Assembly (NCBI RefSeq): GCF_004010195.1
Contig: NC_057719.1
Coordinates: 27,525,458 to 27,589,457 of the forward strand
Length of the DNA stretch: 64,000 nt
From: Chiloscyllium plagiosum
Lineage: Eukaryota
Direction: 5' to 3'
The notes under the pieces are model-generated. The model was given only the letters and a program-made list of their open reading frames with translations, made no database searches and was not told the DNA's origin. A program made the position numbers and the translations under genes. This document shows, one piece after another, positions 38,206 to 49,400 of the stretch (position 1 is the stretch's first letter; each line of letters begins with the position of its first letter).

Positions 38206-38837
38206 ACGTTTGGTACATTGTCAAAAGTCTATGTTTCCAAATCACGATGGCAAGTGGTTTGAAGGGAACTTGCAGATGTTGGTGCTTCCATGTATCAGCT
38301 GCTCTTGTCCTTCCAGGTGAAAGTGATTGTGGATTTGGAAAGAGCGGTCTGAACAGCCTTGGTGAGTTTCTGTAGTTTATCTTATGGATGGTACACATTG
38401 CTTCTACTAAGTATGAGTGGTGGACGGAGTGGATGCTTGTGGATATGGTGCCAATTAAGTGTGCTGCTTTGCCCTGAATGATGTCAAGCTTCTTCACTGC
38501 GACTGAAGCTACATTCATCCAGGCAAATGGGGAGTGTTCCATCACACTCCTAACTGTACCTCATGAATGGTAGGCAGGCATTGGAGGTTAAGAGGTGAGT
38601 TACACACTAAACTTCCTAGCCTATGATCCATGTTGTAGCCACAGTATTTATATGGCTAGTCCAGTTCAGCTCTGGTCAACTTTAACCCCCAGGAATTTGA
38701 CAGTGGAGGATTCAGTGATGGTGATGCCATTGAATGTCAAGGGCTGATGGTTAGATTCTCTCTTGTTAGAGATAGCCATTGACCGGCATTTGTGTGGCAA
38801 GAATCTTACTTACCATTTGTCAACCCAAGCCTGGATA

Positions 38838-40635
38838 CTGAACTCATCTCCACATACCTTGACACCGCCCTATTACCCCTGGTCCAGGAACTCCCCACAT
38901 ACGTCTGGAACACCACCCATGCCCTCCAGTTCCTCCATGACTTTCGTTTCCCCGGTCCCCAAGTCCCCAATGCCTCATCTTCACCATGGACATCCAGTCC
39001 GTATACACGTCTATCTGCCATGACAAGGACCCTCTGTTTCTTCCTCTCCCAACATCCCCACCAGTACCTTTCCACTGACATTCTCATTTGTTTGGCTGAA
39101 CTCGTCCTCACCATCAATAATTTTTCCTTTGAATTCTCCCACTTCCTCCAGACCAAAGGGGTAGCTGTGGGCACTCACATGGGCCTCAGCTATGCCTGTC
39201 TCATCGTCGGGTACATGGAACAGTCCCATCTTCCGCAGCTACACCAGCACCATTCCCCACCTTTTCCTCTGCTACATTGATGATGTATTGGTGCCATCTC
39301 ATGCTCTCACAAGGAGGTTGAGCAGTTTATCAATTTCACTAAGACATTTCACCCCAACCTTATTTCCACCTGGACCATCTTGGACACCTCCCTCCCCTTC
39401 CTGGATCTCTCTATATCGATTAGCTGTAACTGACTCAACATGGACATCTACTACAAACCCAACAGCTCCCACTGCTACCTGGACTACATCTCTTCCCACC
39501 CGGTCTCCTGTAAAAATGCTATTTCTTATTCCGAATTCCTCTGCCTCTGCCACATTTGCTCCCAGGACGACCAATTCCACCACAGAACATACCAGATGGC
39601 CTCCTTCTTTCTTCTCCCACGTGGTCAATGATGCCCTCCAGTACATCTCCTCCACTTCCCGCACCTCTGCCCTCAAACCTCATCCATCCAACTGCAACAA
39701 GGACATAACCCACCTGCCCTCACCTTCCATCCTACCAACCTCTGGATGCATCGTATCATCCTCCAGCATTTCCACCACCTACAAACAGACCCCACCACAG
39801 GGATATATTTCCCTCCCCACCCCTATCCACTTTTGGCGACTGTCTTGTCAGGTCCACGCCCCTCCACCAACCACACCCCACTCCCGGTACCTTCCCTTGC
39901 CACCACACAGGAATTGTAAAACCTGCGCCAAACCTCCCCCCTCACCTCTGTCCAAGGCCCAAAGGAGCCTTCTATATCTGTCAGAGATTTACCTGCATTT
40001 CCACACACATATCATTACTGTTGTGTCCGTTGTTCCCGATGTGGTTTCCTCTACATTGGGGAGACAGGATGCCTACTTGTGGAACGCTTCAGAGAACATC
40101 TCTGAGACACACGCACTGAACAACCCCACCATCCCTCAGCCAAACACTTTAAGCCCCCCTCCGACTGCCCCAAGGACATGCAGGTCCTGAGCCTCCTCCA
40201 TTGCCAAACGCTTAACAACTGACATCTTCTGCCTTGGGATGATCCAAACACACGGGATCAATGTGGATTTCACCAGTTTCCTCATTTTCCGTCCCTCCAC
40301 CTTATCCCAGAACCAACCTTCCAACTGAGCACAGCCCTCTTCATCTGACATACCTGTCAATCTTCTTTCATACCAATTTGCTCCACCCTTGTCTCTGACC
40401 TATCGCCTTCACCCCTACCTTCATCTACCTATCACATTTTCAGCTACCTTCCCCCTGGCCCCACCCCCCTCCCATTTATCTCTCAGCCCCCTTGGCCCAC
40501 TAGCCTCATTCCTAATGAAGGGCTTGTGTTTGAAACATTGATCTTCCTGCTCTTCAGATGCTGCCTGACCAGCTGTGCTTTTCCAGCACCACACTATCAA
40601 CTCTGATCTCCAACATCTGCAGTCCTCACCCTCTC
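38838..40635 (+). mobile_element. Penelope-like element (RT plus GIY-YIG plus 3' end with mutated hammerhead), 5'-truncated, with target-site duplication
   Basis: LISTYLD...LVQELPTYV; NNFSF...QTKGVAVGTHMGLSYACL; YIDD at about 39273; DIYYKP; CSRCGFLYIGETG...ERFREHL at about 40030-40100; cctAATGAagggcttgtgtttGAAAcattga at 40511-40541. TSD cctggata at 38830-38837 and 40636-40643. Confidence 0.9.
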
Positions 40636-41652
40636 CCTGGATATTGTTCATGTCATATTGCATTTGGATGTGGACTGTTTCAGTATCTGAGGAGTCAAGA
40701 ATGGTGCTGATCATTGCACAATCATTGGCAAACATTCCCATCTTGACCTTATGATGGAGGGAAGGTGGTTGAAGCAGCAGCTAAAGATGATCAGGCCGAG
40801 GATAACACCAGGAGTACTTTAAAAGATGTCCTTGAGAGCTGAGACGACTAAACCAATCACTGCAACCACCTTCCTATATGCTGGCTATGAGTGTAACCAG
40901 TGGAGAACTATCCCCCGATTTCCATGCAGTAACTGGTCGCATAGAGAGTCATCATTCATCAAATTCAAACTTAAATATTTGAATCTAGGGTGCAACAGAG
41001 GAAGCTTTCTTAATCTGTGTAGACGAGTTTGCATTCAAGAGTAGGTATCTCTGTTAGTTTTTCCAGTCTCTAACATCAGGATAAAGATTAAGTAACCTGA
41101 AGTTAGAGACTGTGACTGAGATGAGTTGAGACTCTCGAGCTGAAATTAATGTCCTTTGCTTCATTCATGGAATATTGACGACACTGACTGGGCAAGCAAT
41201 TAGATCCATCTTTAACTGGCCTGGAGAAGGTAGTAGTGACCGCTTTCTTGAACATTCATCTGGGACAACAGAGGGTACGCTTTCAAAAACAAACTCTTCG
41301 ATTTTCCATTCCTTTAAAAACATCATTATCTAGACTTGATCCCACACTGACACACATTTCGGCATCTAGAACTGGTTCAAAGGTTGCTATTTATGTGTTT
41401 CCATTTGGAGGGCCATAATTACAAGATACAAATGACATTTACCACGATGCACAGCTTTAGCAAAACGTTTGTTCAAGTGTTGAAGGAAAACAATACAACC
41501 TTTCTCAGGCACAATTTGAAACTATGACAAAAAGAAGTATTGGATATGTTTATAATTTAAATTCTAGCGCAGTTTCAAAATGCAGGTATTACCTCAAAGT
41601 GAATAATTATCAAATTTAATTTTCCCTCTCATTTAAGACTGTTATAATGCAA

Positions 41653-41722
41653 AGTTTGTGAAAAGATTTGTAGCTCGGGTGCTCGTTGTTGTGGTTCTGT
41701 TCGCCGAGCTGGGAATTTGTGT
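41653..41722. mobile_element. 70-bp Penelope-like terminal fragment flanked by a 13-bp direct repeat
   Basis: tgttataatgcaa at 41640-41652 and 41723-41735 flanks CpG-rich agtttgtgaaaagatttgtagctcgggtgctcgttgttgtggttctgttcgccgagctgggaatttgtgt. The family call is from memory of shark repeats. Confidence 0.65.
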
Positions 41723-41800
41723 TGTTATAATGCAATCTGTGCAATTTAAGCAGACACTATGTCCAACTATTTACTTGTTATGTTCAGGGTAAATAAGACA

Positions 41801-41981
41801 GAGCTGAAAAATATGTTGCTGGAAAAGCGCCAAGGACCAGGAGAATCGACGTTTTGGGCATAAGCCCTTCTTCAGGAAAGCCTCCTGCTCCTTGGATGCT
41901 GCCTGACCTGCTGTGCTTTTCCAGCAACACATTTTTCAGCTCTGATCTCCAGCATCTGCAGTCCTCACTTTCTCCTAGTTG
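41801..41981. mobile_element. Penelope-derived fold-back element with 9-bp TSD and near-intact hammerhead (41846-41877, minus)
   Basis: TSD aataagaca at 41792-41800 and 41982-41990. Arms gagctgaaaaatatgttgctggaaaagc / gcttttccagcaacacatttttcagctc. Minus strand CCTGAAGAAGGGCTTATGCCCAAAACGTCGA. Confidence 0.82.
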
Positions 41982-42146
41982 AATAAGACAAAGGGCAACT
42001 AAGTTGGAATAAGAGAAAGGTGATTTATACTGAATTACAGAAGTTAATTCTATACTCTAGTATTTTTTTGCGTAAACATTAAAATCTGTGATAAAGGTAA
42101 CATTTGACATGTAGCATTGGAATGAGTTGAATTCATAATGTATTAC

Positions 42147-42403
42147 CTCTGGGCTCCATGCTGATGAACTATCTGTTTGGTCATTTCCTTCATAGGCCTG
42201 GTTGTCAAAGTTGGTCTCTTGATCGGGACTTCCCTCATCAGTTTGCTGTTTCCCATGATTCTTATCCAGAGTTCCAGCTGTTTCATCTGAAGCCCTTGGA
42301 TGACCTGTTCCACCCTCAGACGCAGTGCCTGAACCCATGGATAACTGATCTTCTTGATAAGAACAATTACCTTGGATGCTAAACTGATGCTGTTTATCTG
42401 TAT
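42147..42403 (-). CDS. syt16: Synaptotagmin-16, coding exon 3 (257 nt)
   Basis: Acceptor cctgtttag|AT, donor CCA GAG|gtaata. Encodes (D)TDKQHQFSIQGNCSYQEDQ...TDEGSPDQETNFDNQAYEGNDQTDSSSAWSPE, compare SYT16 ...TEGSLEMETAFNSRGFEDSYATDSSSMWSPE. Phase 1/0. Confidence 0.9.
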
Positions 42404-42872
42404 CTAAACAGGCAAATGTGAGACATTTTTAAAGCATCATGAAGCAAAAAGCAAAGCACAATGAATATAACAATATGGGGAGGAGTCTGTTGCATCACCT
42501 TTTAATCAGTATTAGCTCACAACATGGAACATAATAATTAAAGACATGCTTAAACAATTTACATGAAGTATTTCTCAGTTTCATAGGTTGCGATTCAGTT
42601 AGAACTAAACCGCAACATAAAAAGGGACTGGTTAACTCATGTAAACATGATAGAATTGCTATTGCTTTTATTAACATTAGCAACGATTTCATGCAGCCCA
42701 GGCTGTATTTTTCACTGCCCTTATGCAATATGTGTCTGAAGCTAGAAAGGCAAATTGCAGGAATGAAATAAATATGAGAATAAAAAGGAAAACACATTCA
42801 AGGTTGCAAGCTGCAAAGGAAACCAGAAAATGGTTTAGACTATCTAGTAATCCTACAAGCCATGCATGGTAC

Positions 42873-43085
42873 CTTCGACTTCAGAGGCCTCTGTGCTGTA
42901 CTCTTCGTGATTCGAAGGTAAACGATTAAATTTCTGCCTACGCTCTAAACCCGCCTGCGTCACCTTTTCTGACACTGTAGAGCGGAAACTCTGGGACCTT
43001 GACACAGAGAATTCAAACTGTTTGATCACTTCCTCATCGCTGTCTGTAGATGTAGTCAACTCCTCATCATCCCCATAGCTGTTCA
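42873..43085 (-). CDS. syt16: Synaptotagmin-16, coding exon 2 (213 nt)
   Basis: Acceptor tttctctccccag|TG, donor GAA G|gtacca. Encodes (V)NSYGDDEELTTSTDSDEEVIKQFEFSVSRSQSFRSTVSEK..., close to SYT16 VNSFGDDEELSTSSDSDEEVIKQFEISVSRSQSFRS. Phase 1/1. Confidence 0.95.
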
Positions 43086-45662
43086 CTGGGGAGAGAAACA
43101 GAATATAGGCCATGGACATTTTTCAGATGAACAGACAGTTCTTTGATGGGAACAAAGATCTATATGACTGCAGTCTCAAAAGAGTTGTTTGATGGACCAT
43201 ATAATATTTTTGGCAACTTACTTGTTTATAGAACGATGCGTATCAGACTGAAAAGGAAGCGGTTTTTCAGTTGAGTTGTTAGTGGAACGCATCGTTAGAA
43301 CTTTACAGGATGCTGGGTTTTTTTTCAAAAGATTAACAGCAAAATAATATCACTAGGGACAAATTCCCTCCCTTAAATGCTTCTTTTAGGGGCACAGTAC
43401 AGCTTTTTGTTAATTACCTGGGGACAGGTGGCACTTTGTTCAATTTTATCATTGAAGATCAAAAATGCCTTGTGGTGCAGTGGCACAGATTAACATCAGA
43501 GACTATGAGCTATGAACCCTTTGGCCAGAATCCTGCTAGTCCAGAGGAGTTCTATAATACATTCAACCAGGTTGATTAAAGTGAAGTGCATTGAAAAGTG
43601 CCACAAGTTACAGATTCAGCAGCTACAACATCAGTGAGTCAAAATAGCATGAGCAGCAATACTACCTGGGAAAAAAAACATTTTTCCTCCAGGTTAGCCT
43701 GAAGATTATGGAGGATTACATTTTTTCCCTTTCTAAATCAGCTGTTTATCAGAGAAGATAAATGTTTTGTTTATTGTTCTCACTGTCTAAGAAGATGGGC
43801 TAACCAGTTTTGGTTTCAAAATGGCTTGGGCATCACAGCTGCTCTGTCCTATTGTGGGCATGACTTGAAATGGCCGTCAATGTGTTTGAGGGAGGTGTCC
43901 CCAAGTGATAGTCATGCCACTACATATTTACTTAACACCTCTCTTCCTTGCAAGGAATCTATACAACTATAACTATATTCCCAAAACTAAATATCCATGT
44001 ATGCTTCCAGACAAATGTCTTGTTCCTTTTTGAAACATGGTATAGCTGTCTATGCTAACACCTGTCCTGGCAGTTCTTTTACATTGTTGACCACAAATAT
44101 TTTCTAAAGACGTAGAATTGAGGGACTAAGATAGCACCGTGGCTAACATGACACCTTTCTGTGTCACGCCTTCTGAAAAACAGCAAAATAATTTGTTTAT
44201 TTTCTTATTGCTTGAGAATATTGGACTGATGGGTAAGTGTTTTCCTACCAATATTCCGTAATCTCTCTCTTGCGGTGGGTTCTTACTCTGCTCATGTCCG
44301 GTATTATACTTTGCAAATGGTTCCAACCATAACCTCAGTGTCTTCAAGTCTTTCTGAATTTACACACTGATGCTTCTACATTTGCTGTTGCTCCTGTTTG
44401 ACAATATTTGTAAACTTAAAGCTGCTTTGATTTGACTGAACATTTCGGAATGAGTTTTAATCTATAATCTGTGCTTTCTTGCTTTAGGCATTTTGTGTTC
44501 CATACAATGAGACAATGATACTGTTTGGAAACTCCCCCCAGTAGTTACTCTTTTTTACACAGCTAAGCTGAAGTGGTCTCAGTCCCATCCCCACTGACTG
44601 CAGTATACCTCAAAACAGCCAGCGCCCAATCACACCTCTTCCTTTTACTTTAATTTTCCATTCAGAGATGCTACCATTCAACTCTACACTTTTTTTATCA
44701 CCACCAAATCATCTGTGTTACTAATTAAAAGAACAATTTATCACAACTTCCTGATTACTCTGCGTAGTGTTTTCAGCTGCTCATCGTTTTAACTGTCATT
44801 GTGATTCCAGCTACCCCATAATTTTGGTCTTGTCCATTAATTCTGCCTATGCAACTATGTGAAACTCTTTCTTAAAATCCAGCTCAATATTTCCTCTTTT
44901 ACCCTTATCCAATGGTCAACAGATGCATCCAATATAACTTCAAAGAGCAGTCAAACCTCATACCCATGATTCTCCAACTAATCAATGCCCTACAGTCAAT
45001 TCTCATACCCGTCTCAAATCAGTCTCCCCAAGTCATTGTGAGACTTTCACATTAATTATCTCCAGTTTTCCATTTGTGAAGACGGGAGTTACATTTGCAA
45101 TGTTTCAGTGCTACGAGAGTTGTCCTGCATCTATTGAGTGATGGAAAGTGCTTAATGGGAACCACAATCAATTAGCTATCCACTTCCTGCAATTCCCAAC
45201 AGGGAAGAGTTCTGTTACCAAGTGCCTGACTAATCTGTGATCTAATTCATGTTTGCTCTTTTATACATAAAAAACTCTGAAAACATACTTCCTCATTTCT
45301 TCAGTAAACATTATTGCAAAGTTATAGCCTAATTCCTCACTTTATTTGCATCTGAAAGACTTGAAAGTTGCAAGGGCTGTGTTATATATTTGCTGGTCTA
45401 ATGTGTTAATTGGGCCTTTTTTTGCAGCCCCACATTCTAATATTTTTTAACTGTTCCATTTCGCCCTTCTTAGCTTTCATCGGATAATAGTTCTTGAACA
45501 GACTGAAGGGGTTTTCCTTAACATCTTCCTCATCTTACAAAAATTAAATAGGTTTTATTCTACTTCAATTAATTTTGGCTTGGACTTTGTGAAACTATGT
45601 GATGGTAAACTGTCAGCATTTGTCCATCGCTACGCTTCCAAATCTGACCATAACGTCAGGAA

Positions 45663-46156
45663 ACATTAATAGAGGGATCGTGTTCCAGAACCACGAGGTT
45701 ATGCTGCAGCTGCACGTGGAGTATTGTGTACAGTTCTGGTCACCGCATTATAAGAAGGATGTGGAAGCTTTGGAAAGGGTGCAGGGGAGATTTACTAGGA
45801 TGTTGCCTGTTATGGAGAGAAGGTCTTATGAGGAAAGGCTGTTTTCGTTAGAGAAAGAAGGTTGAGAGGTGACTTAATAGAGACATATAAGATAATCAGA
45901 GGGTTAGATAGGGTGGACAGGGAGAGCCTTTTTCCAAGTATGGTGAAGAGGTAGTTTCTTTACTCAGAGATTAGTAAGGGTATGGAATGTTTTGCCTGCA
46001 AAGGTAGTAGATTCACCAACTTTAAGTACATTTAAGTCGTCATTGGACAAGCATATGGACGTACATGGAATAGCATAGGTTAGATGGGCTTCAGATTGGT
46101 ATGACAGGTCAGCGCAACATGGAGGGCCGAAGCGTACTGCACTGTAATGTTCTATA
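45663..46156 (+). mobile_element. CR1 LINE 3' part with internal deletions
   Basis: INRGIVFQNHEVMLQLHVEYCVQFWSPHYKKDVEALERVQGRFTRMLP; tail ctgtaatgttcta. Confidence 0.88.
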
Positions 46157-47234
46157 AACATTAATATGGAAATTCAGAACTATGATCTGTTACTGTACCA
46201 CCACAGGCTGCAATATCCCCAACATGCCATACCCAGAGCCAGTTATCACTGAAATCAATTGATATGCCCAAAACTTTTGCTTTTCCACTCTTTCCTTACA
46301 GTTGCATACCGACAAAAAGGTTACACCATCTTCACTTGGAGATAATTAAATTTTACAGAGTGACATAACTAATGCTAAACACCTGATCCAGGCCTGAAAA
46401 ATATAATTTTACATTTGTGGAGTATTCGAAATGTATTCATGATTAACTACCAACGTTTACAAAGAGTTTTTCTGTGATATTTTTGGGAAAAAGGTTTCTT
46501 TCATGATACAGCAGCATTTGCCTTCACCCGTGTGTGTGTATCCCAATTTATATTTCACTCCATGCAAAGATTTTAATAAGTGATTTGATTCTGATATTTT
46601 TCATTTCTTGGTTGGCTGTGTGTGAGAATTCTTTAAGGTGATTGTTTATTTTGGCAGCTTCAAAGTCATAATTGCTACTCCATACTTGGTATTCCCAGGA
46701 AACAGCTGTCTCTCCTTCACTGCCAGTCGATGATAATGTTCTCACCACAGATATCACTGAACCTCTCAGCAATGCTTTCTTCATGGGAAACAGAAGCAGT
46801 TTTGCTTTCCATTGGCCACAAACTGACCAAAATTACATCGAAAGTCGGAGTTTGAGGACACAACTGTTCCTTTCATTATAGCTTCCTGATTTATTGTTTC
46901 ACTTGTTTTCATGTAAGCTTCAACTCACAAAATTTATAATTTATGCCCTACTGCATGCTACTGAGGTTAGAAGATTTCAGTAGAAATTGATACCAGAAAA
47001 AACAGGGACACGACTGGCCATAATTTGGGACATACCTTCAAGATTGTGCCACACACAGAAAATTTCATCTCTCTAAGCAAAAAAAGTATTTTACCAGCTT
47101 GTCCACTGCTTCAACTGGAGTAGCGAGTAGTGTATAGTTTTTTTTAGTAAAACTCAGCTAATCCTGGAGGAGAAAGGTGCAGGCAGTGTTGCTCTCATTA
47201 ATTTTGCAGCCCTTACTTTTCTAGTTAGCATGTT

Positions 47235-48440
47235 CATGGATTTGGAAGGTGCTGTCTAAGGAGCCTTGGTTAGTTGGAATGCATCTTGTACACAGCACAC
47301 ACTGATGCCAGTGTGCTTCAGTGATGGAAACAAACAAATAGGCTGCTTTGTCCTGAATGGTGTCATGAGTGTTGTTGGAGGCGCATTTATCCAGACAAGT
47401 GGATAGCATTCCACAGCCTTGTGTCTTATACCTGGTAGAGTTATTGAGGAGTCAAGAGTTCAGTTACCCATCTCAGGATTCCTAGCCTCCTACCTACTCT
47501 TACAGCCACAGTAGTTATGTAGCTAGTCCACTTCAGTTTCTCATCAATGACACCCACCAGGATGTTGATAGAGGAGGATTCAGCAATAGTAATGCCATTA
47601 AATATCAGAGGACAATGGTTAGATTCTCCGTGGTTGAAAATGGCTTTTACCTGACATCAATGCGGCACAAATATTCCTTGAGACTTTGCACAAACTTGAA
47701 TATTATATTGCTGCATTTGGACACAGACTACTTCTGTATCTGAGGAGTCACGAATGACACTGAGCACTGTACAATTGTCAATGAATATCTTCACTTCTGA
47801 TAGTATAATGTGGAAATGTCATTGATGATGCAGCCGAAGATGGTTGGACCTAAGACGTTACCCTGAGGAACTCCTGCAGAGATGTTCCAGAGCTGAGATG
47901 TCTGACCTCCAACAACCACAACTATCTTCCTTTGTGAAAGGTATGAATCTAACCAGTGGAGAGCACAGCTCTCAAATCTCACCCACTTTACTTTTGCTAT
48001 GGTTCCTTCATGCCATACTCGGTCAAATGCTGCCGTAATGTCAAGAGCAGTCATTTTCGCTTCACCTCTGCAGTTCTGCTCTTTTGTCCATGTTTCGACT
48101 AAGGCTATAATGAAGTCAGGAGCTGAGTTGCCCTGGTAGAACCCAAACTGAGCATTAGTGAGCACGTTATTGCTAAACAAGTGCTGCTTGATTGCATTGT
48201 TGATGATAATTTTTGATAATGTGGTAACTGGGTAGATTAGATAGGGCAAACCTAGGCAATTTTCCACATTGTGTGTAGCTGTCAGGATGCTAGCATTGCA
48301 TAATTCTGGAGTCTTCAGAACTTGTAGGAATTTTGTCAGAGCCCATAGCTTTTGCCACATTGAGTGCCTTCAGCCATTTCTTGACATTACATGGAGTGAA
48401 TCGAATTGACTAAAGACAGGTATCTGTGATGCTGGTACCC
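47235..48440 (-). mobile_element. Second LINE family (CR1/L2 group), RT and 3' region, decayed
   Basis: NNAIKQHLFSNNVLTNAQFGFYQGNSAPD...TALDITAAFDRVWHEG...WLDSYLSQRKIVVVVGGQ...SAGVPQGNVLGPTIFGCIIND (ORF 47791-48360). Confidence 0.85.
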
Positions 48441-49224
48441 TTAGGCAGAGTTTATGTATACAAATTACTTGAACACTGCTTTTTATGAGATTTTTCATAT
48501 TGTTGGAAACACTTCAATCCCTTGATGCCCAGACCTTGCTTCACAATTATTCTTTAAATAAGGCAAAATTGTTCTTATATCATTAAAGTCTGCTATAAAA
48601 ATGCCTGAGACACCACTAGAAAGGCTGGTCTTGTAGTTGCTGTGGTAACAACTGAATAGATATTATCATTGTCCCTCACTTCATTGTTTTCTCACAATCA
48701 TTGCAACATTTCAAAGCACTATTGTTGCCTTAGAGGTTTTTACATGCATTCCAAGTACGCAGATGATTTCATCTAAAATGGATTTTTAAAAAGTCTTACT
48801 CTTCAGTGGCTGACTCACGAAATACAATGGCACCCAGGAGATTTGATCCAACACTTCTCCTTTAACATGAGAATCAAAAGAATTTTACAGCTAAGTAATA
48901 TCTTATGAAATTTGCTTCAAAGTGAATTTGACAAAACAAGCAAATGGAATTTACTCTCCTCAACTAGAGTTTTTAAAATATAGTATTTGAATGTTCAGTT
49001 TTAAAATGACCTGCAAGTTTCTCTGATTGTCTGCCCACTTAGCCAGAGATTATGATCTCTTGGGAATCTCTATTGCTGACATAATCTTAACATTCTTACA
49101 CTGCTTTAAGGGAGGTGCTAATATGTTTAAAGCAAAATACAGGCCAGAAACTGATCACATAACTTTGTTAAGAATGTGTCTACTACAAGTCCTCAACCCC
49201 CTTCTTTAATTCAAATTCAGTGTG

Positions 49225-49400
49225 AGCAAGTGTGGCAGCAAACTTTCAGACAATAAGCTCCCACAAACAGCAATAGCATAAGAGGTTAGACAATCTGTGT
49301 GATTGAGGGTAAATATTGACCTGGATATTGCTGAGAACTTTGAAATACACAGAAGTAAAAAATGCAGCAAGATCCTCCAACAGCACAGTATTTGAGAAAG
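49225..49400 (-). mobile_element. DeuSINE/SacSINE1-like fragment
   Basis: aagctcccacaaacagcaat...gattgagggtaaatattgacctggatattgctgagaac, homologous to 15110-15190. Confidence 0.55.

Larger units (their letters stand above)
36915..40930 (-). mobile_element. Second LINE family (CR1/L2 group, distinct from HER1-type CR1), split into 36915-37105, 38225-38837 and 40636-40930 by two insertions
   Basis: MEHSPFAWMNVASVAVKKLDIIQGKAAHLIG (ORF 38204-38545) and MFANDCAMISTI (FADD equivalent, ORF 40421-40741). The host sequence resumes on both sides of each insertion. Confidence 0.75.

Noticed and set aside
39192..40190. 332-aa Pro/Thr/Ser-rich ORF
   Set aside because: Mostly an off-frame read of the frameshifted, C-rich Penelope element; only a short YIDD stretch is in the RT frame.
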